Both the position numbers and the translations under genes were made by a program. The notes under the pieces were generated by a model. It saw only the letters and a program-made list of their open reading frames with translations, ran no database searches and was not told the DNA's origin. From contig CAJINV010000020.1 of NCBI GenBank assembly GCA_905178155.1, forward strand, positions 620,001 through 684,000: a stretch of DNA of 64,000 nt. Direction: 5' to 3'. Source of the stretch: Amoebophrya sp. A120 (taxonomy: Eukaryota > Protista > Dinoflagellata). This document shows, piece by piece, positions 1-11,317 of this stretch (position 1 is its first letter; each line of letters begins with the position of its first letter).

Positions 1-20
1 CGAGAGAAGCAAAGAGGCAG

Positions 21-56
21 CATACCATGCGGTCCGACGTCGGACCGCATGGTATG
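21..56. repeat. 36-bp perfect palindrome
   Basis: cataccatgcggtccgac|gtcggaccgcatggtatg; second copy at 2731-2766 with a 22-bp perfect core (2738-2759). Confidence 0.95.
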
Positions 57-319
57 GCGCGCGATGGTGGGCCGGCCTCTCGCGCCAGGCCGTCCGTGCG
101 TGCGGCATGCATCGCGATGTGGGGCCGACCCCCCCCGGTTGGGTGGGCTTCCCCGGCGGGGTGTTCTTTGGTTCAGGAAATGGATAACGCAACTCCCCCG
201 GGTGGCCCGCCCCACAAGCGAGCCGGCGGGCGGGGCCCCGTGGCCCCTCTGGTATGTTGCCCTCCAGCACGAGCCTGTGTGCCTGGGTGGTTTGCCTTCT
301 CTTGTAAGATGTACCGCAG

Positions 320-3300
320 CGACCCCGTGAGCCGGCTCTATCTCTGCAGCTTTCCTGACAAGAACCGCCAAAAACGGCCGGGGGCTTGGGGCGTTGGCTC
401 GCATTTTTTCGCATGTTGAAGATGAAAAAAACCCAAGCGCGCCCGCCTGTTTGGTTTTGTCTTCAATGAATGCAGTCGCCGGTGGGCTCAGTCGGCCGCC
501 GGTGGAAAGACTGTCTGAAAAAATGACGTAGGGGGGTCGGCAAACGTGGCACCCTTCTCAGGCGCCGGCCGCGTGGGATTCTGGCGCGCGACTTGGGGCG
601 CCCAAAAGGGCGCCCCAAAAAACCCGCCCGAAGCCAGAACAGCGAAGCCGTAAGTATGGCAGGGCCGCGAAACCGGTCGCGAATCGAAAGCGGCCGCCCT
701 TTTGCCGGGTTCTCAGCGGGGGGGCGCTAGCTTTGCAAAAGGCGCGGGCGCGAAAAATAACACACAACGCAAAAAAGAAGAAACGCGCCAAGCGCGCGAA
801 GCCAGCCCGCATTCTATGGGCCCGCTTTTCCCTCGGTTTTTGGGCGCCCCCCGCGGTGCCCGGGCCGGCCCGATAGCATCGGGGTTGGCTTTCGGGAAGG
901 CGTTTTGGCAAGTTGCCCAACGTCTGCCATTTTCCCCAACCGGCCGCCATACCGTGCGGCATAACCTTACCCACCCCGGCACGGCGGGCCCAGAAAAAGC
1001 AAAAAAGTGGTGTGGGCCAAGGTCGGCGGGCAAAGAAGCGGCGCCGGCCTCATTATCTCCGCCCCGGCGGCCATATTTGGCGCATTGAAGTAGGCGCGCA
1101 GCACGCCGCGCGGGCGGCCCGGCCTCGCACGTTCGGGCCGCATGGCGTGGCGCGCTACGCTTCGGTGGAGCTGCCCGCGCCTCACGTTTTGGCTCGGCGC
1201 CTTTCTTTGGGCGCTAGCTAGAGGCCGTCCGGCCTGCCCCTTTCTCTTTCATATTCGCCGCCCCCCCGCACTTACATACAAAGCGCCGAGACCATGCCGC
1301 CGCTCCCGAGTGCTCCGCCTCGGTCGCGGCGGCCTTGCGCGGCCGGCTTTTCGCGAGTAGAAAGGGCGCCGGCGCAGCAGGGGCGCGCGCGGGGCGCCAC
1401 TCACATGCTGCCCCGCCGGCGCGCGCAATAAGTTCGCCCAGGAGGCTCTGTCCCCATTTTCGGGGAGACCGCCTCAGCCATGTAGAAAAGGGGGGGGGCA
1501 GCAGGATTCTTCGCAAGCCTGGCGGATGCGCAAGCCTTCAGGCTTTTCGGCTTTTGAGGGCGCGGCGAAGTCTTCTGCTTGAGTGCCGAAAACTTGCCGA
1601 AAACTTTCCCCCGAACTTTCCCGAAACTTTCCCGCTTCGGGATCATTTTCGGACTCGAAAACTTTTGGCTGACTTTTCAACTCCCGGTCTGTAACTTTTG
1701 GTCGACTTTTCAACGGGAGAATTTTTCGGGAAGGTTTCGCGGAAGGTTTTCGCCGACTTTTCGGGAAAGTTCGGGGGAAAGTTTTCGGCAAGTTCTCGGC
1801 AAAGTTTCCGGCAGAGTTTTCGGTAGAGGGGCGGAAAAGTTTCGCCGCCCGGCGCCTGCACTTTGTTCCTGCCCGCCAGCCGGGCCGCCCTCGGGCGGCT
1901 GCCTTGCGCCCGAAAAGAGGCAGGCACAGCCCCCCGGCAGGCACGCCTGCGGTTATTGCGCACGTAGCCAGGCAAGCGGCCGGCCCCGCCCCGGCGGGCG
2001 GCCGGCGCTACGTTGTCGCATGCGCCACCGGGCAGCGGATTCACGCCCCGGGGGCGCCGGTGCGCGTGTAGCTTGCTGCGAACCAAGAGAGGGCGCCCGG
2101 GCTTCGGCGGTTGCTACCGACCCCCTGAACTTGGTTGGCGCGTTGCGCCGTTCGGGGCGCGTGCGGGGCATGCGCTCCGCGTACTCCACACTTGCGGCGG
2201 CCGGCGGGCTCTTGGGGGCCCGGGCGCCGCTGGGGTTGGCGTCGGTTTGCCCAAACCCATAGACGGAAGGAACACCCGGCCCGGCCGCGCCAGTCCTTCG
2301 CCCCCCCCGCCCGCGACCGACCTAGACCGGGGCCACAGTGTGCCGGCCGGCAACAGCCGCGCGGGCGTGGCGCCTCCCTGCGCACTGCTGAGCCCGGGCG
2401 GGGGAGGCGTGTTATTGGGGCGCCGAAGCGATTCCGCCGCATCCGCCAGGCGCCAGCCGGCCGGGGCCGGCCTGTCTGGGGGCCTCCCGCCCTCTGATAT
2501 GGGGGCGCGCCTGCATGTTGGGCCCCGCCGGCCTGCCTGCGCGCCTGGAATACCGGGCGGCGCCGCCGCGGGTCTACTTCCTACGTGCCGGCGGCCCGAT
2601 TGCCACCCGTCGTTCGTCTCGCCCTTCGCTCGCCCTGCGCCCCACCCTGTGGGCCGGGATTGGGCGATCTGTTTCGTCTCTATCTGGTCAGCCGGGGCCT
2701 GTGCGTTTGCTGTTTTGCTTTTCCGACAAGCATACCGTGCGGTCCGACGTCGGACCGCATGGCACGCTCGACACCGTTTCGGGCGGGGCGAGCCATGTTG
2801 GGGCGCCGGGCGATGTGGTTGGTGCACGGGCGGAACTGCGCCCCTGCGTGCGACGTAGGGGAGGGGACGTCGTGGGGGCTTAGTTACCCTCGGGGCCTGT
2901 TTGCTTGCTACGTGTGGGGCTGTCGGACGGTAAGCCGCTGCTGCGTGTGCCCAGCGTGCCAAATATAGCCTCCGTGGCGGAGGTGGTGAGGTCGGTGCCG
3001 CTGGCTGCCTTGCCCGCCCGCCGGCCGTTGCCCTGGCCAGCCACTGTGTCTTTTTTCTGGGCCCCCCGTGCCGCTTTTGGTATGGCCATGCCGCGTGGCT
3101 TGGCCGTCTTTTGGAAAGCATGGTAGTTCTTTGCCAAATTTTCAGAACCCCTGTCCGAAAGCTAGCCCTGGCGGTATGGGGCCGATCCGGGCGCCGCGGT
3201 GGAGCGCCCTGAAACCGAAGGCAAACCGGTCCCATGGCATGGGGATTGGCCTCGCGCGCTTGGCGCGCTTTTGCTTTTCTGTGTTTTTTCTTTGCGCGCC

Positions 3301-3725
3301 GGCACCCTTTGCAAAGCTTCCGCCGCATAGAAACCGGCGAAAAGGCGGCGGCCGCTTTCGCGGCCGGCCAAATGCTCCGAACGGAGCCCCGGCCCTGTCG
3401 TGCGGCTTCGCTTTTCTGATTTGCCGCGAGTTTTTTGGGGCGCTCTTTTGCGCGCCCCAAATCGCCAGAACCCCACGCGGCCGGCGCCTCAGCGGGGTGC
3501 CCCTTTTCTTTGTCGGCCCTCCTGTGTCGTTAGTATTATCAGCCGGCGACCGATAGAACCCGGCGCCGGCGGTTCGTTGAAGTCAAACAAAGCCCAACAG
3601 GCTGGCGCGCTTTGATCTTCCTCATGTGGAAAAGCGCGAAACAGCAGCACACACCGCCGGCAGCTTTTGGCCGGTGGTTGCTTTGCATTAAGAAAGCTGC
3701 CAGGGTCGGGCCGTTTCGCGGTGGC
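320..3725. repeat. Long diverged inverted repeat, arms ~320-1130 and ~2900-3725
   Basis: e.g. 560 aggcgccggccgcgtgggattctggcg vs reverse complement at 3489 aggcgccggccgcgtggggttctggcg; gcgccaagcgcgcga shared; ends approximate. Confidence 0.8.
1584..1801. repeat. 43-bp inverted repeat (36 bp perfect: 1591-1626/1759-1794) in an array of AAACTTTCC-like units
   Basis: aacttgccgaaaactttcccccgaactttcccgaaa and its exact reverse complement. Confidence 0.9.
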
Positions 3726-4481
3726 GGCCCGCCGGCGGCGGGAGGCGCGGGCGGGCGCCGCGGTTCGCGGTGTTTGTGAGGCTTGGGCGCGCGCGTTTTT
3801 TGGCGAGGGCGCGTGCTGCCCGGTGCCCGGTTGCGTCGGGTTTAGGGTCTGGCGGACCGGCCCCCTTCCCTGCGTCGGTAGCCCTCCTCCTAGTCCGTTC
3901 CCGGGTAGGCCTTCCGGGCCTGGGGGGGGGCGGGTGGGTGCGATGGGCGGTCATGGCCTTTTTCTTTAGGGCGCCCGCGCCGGCAGCCGTTGGCTGGGTG
4001 CGGTCGGCGGGTGCCCGGCGCGCGCACGCTTCGGCGGGTTGAAAGGCGGTCGCTCGGGCTTCGCCGATCACCCGCGGGACAAGAGGAGGCGTCGGCGCCC
4101 AAGACCTCGCAGGCGCCCCTGTTCTGTCGCTTGGAGTATCTTCGCTGCGTTTTTTCGTTCTGAGTCGCATTACCAAATCGTTTTCAATGCCGTGAAATCC
4201 TGAAAAGTCAAATGAAAAGTTTTGGAAAAGTTCGAATCGCCCGCCAATTAGTCGTTTTCCCTTGTAAACGGGTCTCCACCAGCTTCCACTGGGATTGCTG
4301 TCGGGAATTTAAAGTGTGAATTTGTAACATACAGAAGAGTGGTCGCGCGCACATCTTGTTCTGCGCGGCGCTAATCAACATCCGAGAAAGCCGTGAACTT
4401 TCCTACGCGTGACAGATTTTTTTAAACAAGAAAAGACAGTAACGATTTACCATGGTCAGCTCCGGCGGGGTCGGGGTGGTG

Positions 4482-5699
4482 TTACCCCACAACGCGGCCG
4501 TCATATACATAGTCTACTTCGCTAACTCCACCGGGCGGGGTGATGTCGTCTTCATACTTTTGCACCCCTTCGGGCCAGTCGTACTGCTCGTCGCCGATCT
4601 TGAAATAATCGAACATGTTCTGCGCGCGCGACTGTTCCTGCGCCAAGTCGTTCCGCTTGGAAGCGACTTTCTTCACCAGCTCCTCCAGCAGCTTCTTCCC
4701 CTCCGGCACGTCCGGGGTGATCTCGTTGATGCCCTGGGCGACGCGGGCAGCGAACACCAGATACTCGGAGGCGTCCCCCGGACAAAAGATGTTGAAGTGG
4801 GAGGCATACCTGAAAAAAAAACATCACTCGTAGTACATCGTGTGTGCCTAGGGTGCCACATAAAAGAACGCTGCACCGACCGCCCCCCACCGTGGAGAGG
4901 GTCACTTCCCGCAAAATCTACAAAAGAAATTTAGCCAAGAAACTTTCCAAAAACTACCGAAACACTACAAGAGCTCGACCAAAATTATACAAAACAAAAC
5001 ACATCGCTTTAATCTCCGCGATCGGAAAGCCGTACGCTGTCAGCGCCAGTGTGTGCTGGCGCCAACGGATTAACTTCCGGAAATTGGGCGGAACCGAAAC
5101 CCCGTCGAATTTTCCCAAAGCAGTCAAAGTCGCGATGAGGCTGGGTCGAGTTTTGACTTTCGAAACCACCACCGTAGCGCGCGAGTTGATGGCAGTGAAA
5201 ATGTGCCCGGGGATCCCGTCCAGGTCACTGAAGTTGCGGGATTTGCAGTAGTTGTTCAGAGCAGTAGTGGTCGTCTCCGCGTAAGCCACGTTGTCGAACT
5301 CCTTGGGTAAGGCAGCGTCCTGCGGCAAAGCAGCGGCCGCCGCGGACTTCTTCGCCGCCCGCACAACGGAGCTGTCGACGATGCTAGCGTGCTGGCCACG
5401 TTTCTTCGCCGCCGCCTGGATGTCATAAGCCGCCAACTGGATCACCTTGCCCACCGCCGTTTTGGCCATCACATATACGGGGGGAATAAACATCGCCCCG
5501 CCGCGAGTTTGTCACGCATAATCGAAAACCACACAAATATCATGCAAAAAATCTGCATGACAAACCACGGGGGACGATAATAGCACTGCCATAGTTCGGG
5601 CTGGTCCTCGAAAACTGCTTTTTTTTTGATTTTCAAAAACTCCGCCCGCTCCTCGTTGGTCGGGGGACGGGAGAGGGCCTTCTTGTTGCGCTTCACCAT
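4482..5699 (-). CDS. Unknown protein (~315 aa, 3 exons: 5699-5594, 5468-4958, 4809-4482), possible accessory gene of the element
   Basis: Three ORFs join in frame via a hairpin intron (~5593-5469, boundaries tentative) and a GT-AG intron 4957-4810 (CG|gtag...ttttcag|G gives FRYASH); no domain recognised. Confidence 0.6.
5474..5593. mobile_element. Decayed hairpin introner-like intron
   Basis: Inverted arms atcgcccc..gtttgtcacgca / tgcatgacaaac..gggacgat; TAT..ATA on - strand; removal with 5 bp (125 nt) is in frame, but the direct repeat is not preserved. Confidence 0.45.
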
Positions 5700-6890
5700 T
5701 TTCAAGCGGGGGGCGGGGAAATAGAGGGTCTAATTCCGGCAAGTAATAAGCGAAAAATACGATGTGCGTCCTAGTGAGTAGCGCGAGAAGCTTAAACGTG
5801 ACTCGTTCGAGAAAACTGATTAGCGAAAACCTGACGCCAATGAGCAATACAAAAAACCTAAACCGTGACGCTTTTGAAAATGGCCGCGACTTCCTGCCAG
5901 TGTGATTGTCTACGCAAGACAAATCTAGCCCCTGGGAAGCATTGTCCAGAAATGTAATTGGTGCCAGATGCGCACTAAGTAAGCATCGCAAAATCAAACA
6001 AATACGGGAGTGGCGCATTACAAATTCAGGCTTCCAAACTACTCAGAAAATCTTGCGGGCGCGCCAAGCATGAGAACCAGAGATCGGGAGGAGCTGAGCT
6101 GTTGATCAAGATCTTTTTCTTGCTGTGACATCAGACATACTTGCGCAGGAGCGGAGTCTTGTGATCCTAGCGGCAGTCAACCTGCGCGGAAAACAATAAC
6201 TCCTATTGAACTGGCCATCTATCTGCGGAGTTAGAGCTTCGAAAAAAACAGGAATCTTCGATCCTATGAGCGACATCATACGACCTCAATGCGCTGCGGT
6301 GGAGCGTGTGTTTTCGGTGCTACTGCAGTAGGAGCCTCAAGTTTATTACTGCGGACCCCGCAAGGGCCGGAGGTCAGGGTTATAAATTATTCGTAGTGGA
6401 GGCTATATAAAGTGACTTCATAATGAAGCGCCGGAATTATTTTACGGTCCAGAGACCCCAACGAAACTACCCCCCCCACTCCGCTTCTTCTGTGCGCGTG
6501 CAAAACCTGGGCCGTCACGCCTGGTTTGAGTTTTTGAGTTCACTGCGAAGTTGAATCGTTTTCCCAAATTTTTTTTGTGCAAAAACAAACTTTTGCCAAA
6601 TTCCTATTTTGCATTCCCAAACTTTTTTTGTGCAAAAAAAATTCCGTCGCGGACCCCCGGAGAGGGCCGAGAGTGCAAAATCCCACACGTTTTTACAAAA
6701 ATACCTTCCGAAGGGGCTCCCCGGGTGATTTGTTTGTGGGCCCCGTGCGTCCCGTCTGCGTCCCGTGTGTGGTCCGTCGAAAATTTGGGAAAACGAAAAC
6801 ACGAAAAAGCCGGAAGCTTCGGTCCGCGAATCCTTGAAAAACTACCGCAGTCCGACCCTCCTGAGCGATCTTCTTTTGGCTTCCCAAAAA

Positions 6891-9800
6891 CTACTGGTCG
6901 CAATCTTCCTCCGGCTGGAAGTCGCGCAGGCCCTCAGCGCCGTCGGATAGCGGCCGCAGACGCCACATCGCCCTGTCGGGAATTTTTCGAAATTCCTTCT
7001 CCTTTCTCTTCATTTTCTCATCATTCAGAACCATGTGGCCCCGCGACTCGTCAAAAGACGCCAAAACCAGCTCCCACTGCTCCGCAACCACTTTTCCCAC
7101 CTCTCGGTCCTCCGTGCGTTTCGCGACAGCAGCCTTCGTTTCGTCGCCGAGGGATTTCAGAACGAATGCGTGGCGCGCGGCCCATATGTTCAGGACGTGC
7201 CGCACCTCATGCGGTGGCGAGTTACCCGTGATAGAGACCTCGAGCGACTTTTTTCCAAGAATATCGAAAAGCCAGTCCACCTCGATGAATCTTCTTGCAG
7301 TGTTCTTGTCGCGTGGCAGAATCTTCAACGTCCTACTCTCGAGCGGCTTCAGGCCTTTCTCGATTCTTTCGAAAGTGTCCTCGCTATCTCCGCTCTTGAT
7401 GAAGTAGTCGGAAAGGTCAGCGTCGCGCCGCTGCTTCGCGAATTCCTGCCGCATGGCGTTTCTTTCGGCCTCCGACAGCTGCATCACGGTGAGCCGATCG
7501 CGCACCTTGACCAGGTGCTGCTGCGCAGCTTCCTGCTTAGTGGCTGTGCTGGCGATCTGCTCCCGCAAGATTTCCAACGCCCCGCCCGGGGTGTCTTTGC
7601 TCGCGCCCAGGTCTGTCTTTTGCCGCTTCGCAGGCGGGACTGCAAGTTCCCCACTGTGTTTCAGGCTTGCCAAGAATTGCCGCAGCTCCACCGGGTCATC
7701 GATCTCCTGAGTTTTCCTCTTAATGTCCTGCGGGAGAGTGTGCTGCACCTGGGGCCCCGCTGGATCGGAGCCGATGTTCTTAGTCGCATTCGCCTGTCCA
7801 GCTGCGGGACCCGGGGAAAGCTGATCGAGATGTAACCGCCCACCGACCCGCACAGCGCGCTGTTGGTCAACAACACCTGCTACATGCACCCAAACACTTT
7901 GCTGCCCGAAATCCAGCCCCGAGCCCGTGCGCGACGCCAGGTCTTCCGGTGGGATCACCCAGTGTCCGTCTGGCGATCGATCGAGATGAATTCCCCAGAA
8001 GCCCATGGGGGTAAACTGGACCGACAATACTAGAAAGCCTCGGCGCTGGTCCTTGGCGGGGAAAGGGAAACCATCGCCCGGAATCGGGCCCATAAACTCG
8101 AGCAACAGGAGCCGGGCTATCGAGCGGACATCTTCCTCCGGGCCGTCGTCTGCCTCCTCCTGCAGAACATCGGGGTCGTCCGAAGCATCAGCGCCAGCGG
8201 CTGCTGCACCGCTTCCCGCCCCGGCAGCAGCCGGCTTCGGCGCCAGGCCCTTCGCCATTTTCACCACCGTCCAAACCGTTCCACTACTGGATGCTCCTTG
8301 AACCTGTGCCGCCGGCGGGCTAAGCCTTTTGCCCTTTCTCTCACAAAACTCCGCCCGCGCTTTTTGCGCGCCGTCCACACCAACTGCTGCCCAGCTTCCA
8401 GCGACGAACTTCTTCATCGAGGCGTAGAACCACGAGCGGTAGGTTGACTTGGACTGAGCCGAGCGCCGCGATTTCTCCTCCTGCTGCGCTTCCGCCATTT
8501 CCTGCAAATGCTTCGCCGTTGCCTCTTGAAACTCTTTCTCCGCCCGCTGTTTGTGCCAGTCCTTCGTGGCCTGGCTCTCATTTTTCCAATCGGAGCGAAC
8601 CGCCAGCCCCATCTCGTTTGTCCCGCCAGTCAACATCTCCCCCACATACAGGTCGACAGCCCGGGCTTGCTTCGGCGGATCTAGGTCCCAGCAGGTCTTC
8701 GCGTCCAGAACCTTGCTGTCGAGATTCTGCGCACTAAATAACATTTTGCGGACCAGAAACGCGGACGCCGACGCAACGCTGCGGGAGCTGATGGACCGGA
8801 GGTGCTGCTGGTAGTGGGCGTGCAGCTGCTCCACCGATATTGGCGAAGTGTTTTCCCGCAACCAGGATAAGATGAAGCGCTTTATCACGTCCTGTGCCTG
8901 CGCAACTGGGAGACCTCCGATAACCGCACCCAAACGCTCCACCGCCCTCTCACTCGGATCACGATAACTGACCACCTTATGCTGAAATTTTTCCGCCGCG
9001 GATTTCACCAGATGCACCCACGACCCGCTCTTGACCTTCATCAGCTTCGCCATTAGTTCGTCGTAGGCGTGCCGCTTCTGGTTCTTCTGTACAACGGTTG
9101 CGGAAAGTGAAAGAAGCCCTAGAACGGTGCCGGTTTTCAGTTTTTTCATCTGATCCGCCGACGCCCCCCACAGCTTCCAAAGATCGTCGGTCTTTGCGAG
9201 TCGAAGGCACTTCTGGAGATCCCTCTCGAACTTGTTCATCCAGGCTGGCCACCGGTCGGCGGTCTTCTTCAACATCATCCGCTTCTGCAACTGCGCGGCC
9301 GGGAATGCAACTAGGGAAACCGCCAGACACAAAAGGCGAGACTCCTGCTCGTCGGCTTCGAACTTGAAACGATCACCCCCGCCAATGTGTGGCTCGGCCC
9401 AGCTGCGGCGCCACTCGGCCCAGTTCAGCTCTCCTTTCAGGACCGCATGGCGCAGCCAACGCACTGCAGTTTCCGCGGCTGCTTGGGCGGTGGCCGCAAA
9501 ACGTGTGAAGCCCGGCCGCGTTGGTCGAACAAATGCCCCGTGAGTACTTTTTTCCCCCATTTTCATCAGCCTCTCGTCGTCAGCGCCGGTCAGGAGTGTG
9601 TCTCCCTCGTTTGGCTGAACACTCAGCCTGCCTTCCGCTTCCGGGTAAACAACCCTTTCCCCGACCCGCTTGCTGTCCAGTCCCATCATTTGGCAATATT
9701 CGCGGAAAACAGATCGCTGCGGATCCCCTTCTGTTGTAGCGTCTTCTACCGCCACCAGCCCCCGGTCGATCATCTTTTGTATGTTGTCCTGGATAGTTGC

Positions 9801-10812
9801 TGTCTGTGCGGAGTAGAGACGGGCTACTAAAAAAATTCTCTTTTCCAAAGCCTTCACGTTTTTCCCGAGAAGGTCGCAGACGAGGCTGCAGGCGTCTTGC
9901 ATCGAGTGGCTGACGGCGTGTAGACTACAAAACCGAGCGACACAGACTGCCCTCGGACTCAAATCGTGCACCCACTGGCAGAAGAGGTGCAGGGCGCCCA
10001 CGTTCGACTTCGCCGCGTCCACCACGATACTCACCTCCAGCACACCGGTCGCGCCGGTGGCCGCCTCCTTGAGCCCCGGGACGGAGGCTAGCAAATCAAA
10101 AACCATATCTGTCTCCGTTTGGTCGTCGTAGTGTTGCTTTTGAATCAGCCGCACCTCCGACGGCGTATTGAAGGTGATCCAACTTGCGCTGTCGGCTTTT
10201 TCTGGTTCAACATCCGAAAGAAGCCAGCTGACGTCACAGATGGTTAAAAACGCCTTGGCACTGCGGTCGATCGTCTGCCCGTAGCTCTGTTGTGCCCGAT
10301 GTCCGACCGGTGTTGCGTCCGCTTCGATACGAGTTAGCTTGTGGGTGGGCGTAAATGACTTGCACAGCTTAACCATGGCCGCCTTGTAGAACTGCATGAC
10401 GAGGAAGACGATCTTCGAATAAACCCGAGCGTGCCACTTCGAGATGAAGATGGAAATGCGTAGGCGCGGCGGCATTTGTGTTGCAGGATGTGATTGAGAA
10501 CATACATCAATCACGCTGTCCTCGCAACACAAATGCTGGCGCGCCTACAATTTCCATCGACATATTATCCGGCGCGGGCTGGTGCTTGAAGAAGCCGTCG
10601 ACGGAGTTGTTCCGGTTCTCCTCCTCTCCACTCTTCTGGCCCACACCTGCAACTTTCGCGTCGAGGTCCGGGACATCAAACTGCCTGGCCGGCAGGGTGC
10701 GGCCTTCCTTTGGAGCTGAATCCGAATGCCCCCCGCGTGGTGGCGTCGCCCAATCTGCTGCACTCAGTTTCTCCCCGGCCTTCAGCCGGGCCATCAAGCT
10801 CTTCGGTGCCAT
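6891..10812 (-). CDS. Putative DDE transposase (hAT-like motifs) with HMG-box-like segment, ~1264 aa, exons 10812-10565 and 10437-6891
   Basis: Ordered motifs IEADAT (D 10317-9), VVDAAKSN (D 10017-9), CSLH (9918-29), TRF (9498-9506), TSPISVEQLHA (E 8829-31); then PPKQARAVDLYVGE..DWKNESQATKDWHKQRAEKE (8505-8678). Confidence 0.7.
10443..10564. mobile_element. Hairpin introner-like intron in the transposase gene
   Basis: Arms 10449-10497/10507-10558; on - strand starts TAT with TTGTGTTGC 32 nt in; removal plus 5 bp (127 nt) gives PDKWHARV in frame. Confidence 0.65.
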
Positions 10813-11165
10813 CGCTAATCGTTTCAGCTTTCTAAGTCCTGCAAGTTCTCGTAGCGATAGGGAAACACTGCGAAGTAACCAAATTCCGATGCTGTGGGAA
10901 ATCTAGATGAAGTCTTCTAACGTTTCCAATATCGGTCGCTGTGAAAAAACATGTCCACTGTCGGTTTCGGCGTATGCTATGCAAAATTGAGACCAAACCT
11001 ATTCTATCTGAGAAAACCATGTGAGCCACTTGGAACGCTGCTGCTTGTATGGAACAATGGAGGATCCCGACCATCTTTTTTGAATTCGTTTTTTTTGAAA
11101 ATGAGTGCAATTTGTTTTCGATTTGTTCGTTAGGGGTACTTTCGCGCTAATGATTTTACATTCTC

Positions 11166-11317
11166 ACAAATTTGCGAAGGGCTAAGCAGCGCCTAAATCT
11201 GTGCCAAACATGTAATGCAAAAGGCGCAATCTTCCCCCTTGCTCTTGCACTTTTGCCATTCTTGCATTACAAATCCATGTAACAGTTGAAGAGAATGTAA
11301 CGGTTGAGAGCGCCATA
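11166..11317. mobile_element. Family B introner, one end only
   Basis: Aligns to the last ~145 bp of 35809-36044, ends gcgccata; the other ~90 bp is absent. Confidence 0.85.

Larger units (their letters stand above)
1..11317 (-). mobile_element. Candidate large DNA transposon (left end outside window) terminating in a family-B introner end, inside the adenylyl cyclase gene
   Basis: Contains the only - strand genes, one transposase-like. Cyclase exons start abruptly at 11318 with no upstream exons in 11 kb. 11166-11317 matches only one end of family B. Whether 1-4200 belongs to the element is uncertain. Confidence 0.5.

Noticed and set aside
1-4200. Many overlapping ORFs up to 448 aa
   Set aside because: R/A/G/P-rich in all frames, as expected from stop-poor GC-rich repeats; no domains
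6060-6430. Possible structured ncRNA (ccc-gcaa-ggg hairpin)
   Set aside because: No recognisable family; stems short enough to be chance
11131-11165. Decayed left TIR of family B (taggggtac..ttacattctc)
   Set aside because: Only 10 bp match well, the flanking 5-mers disagree (TTCGT vs AAGTT) and no cyclase exon lies upstream; not fully excluded
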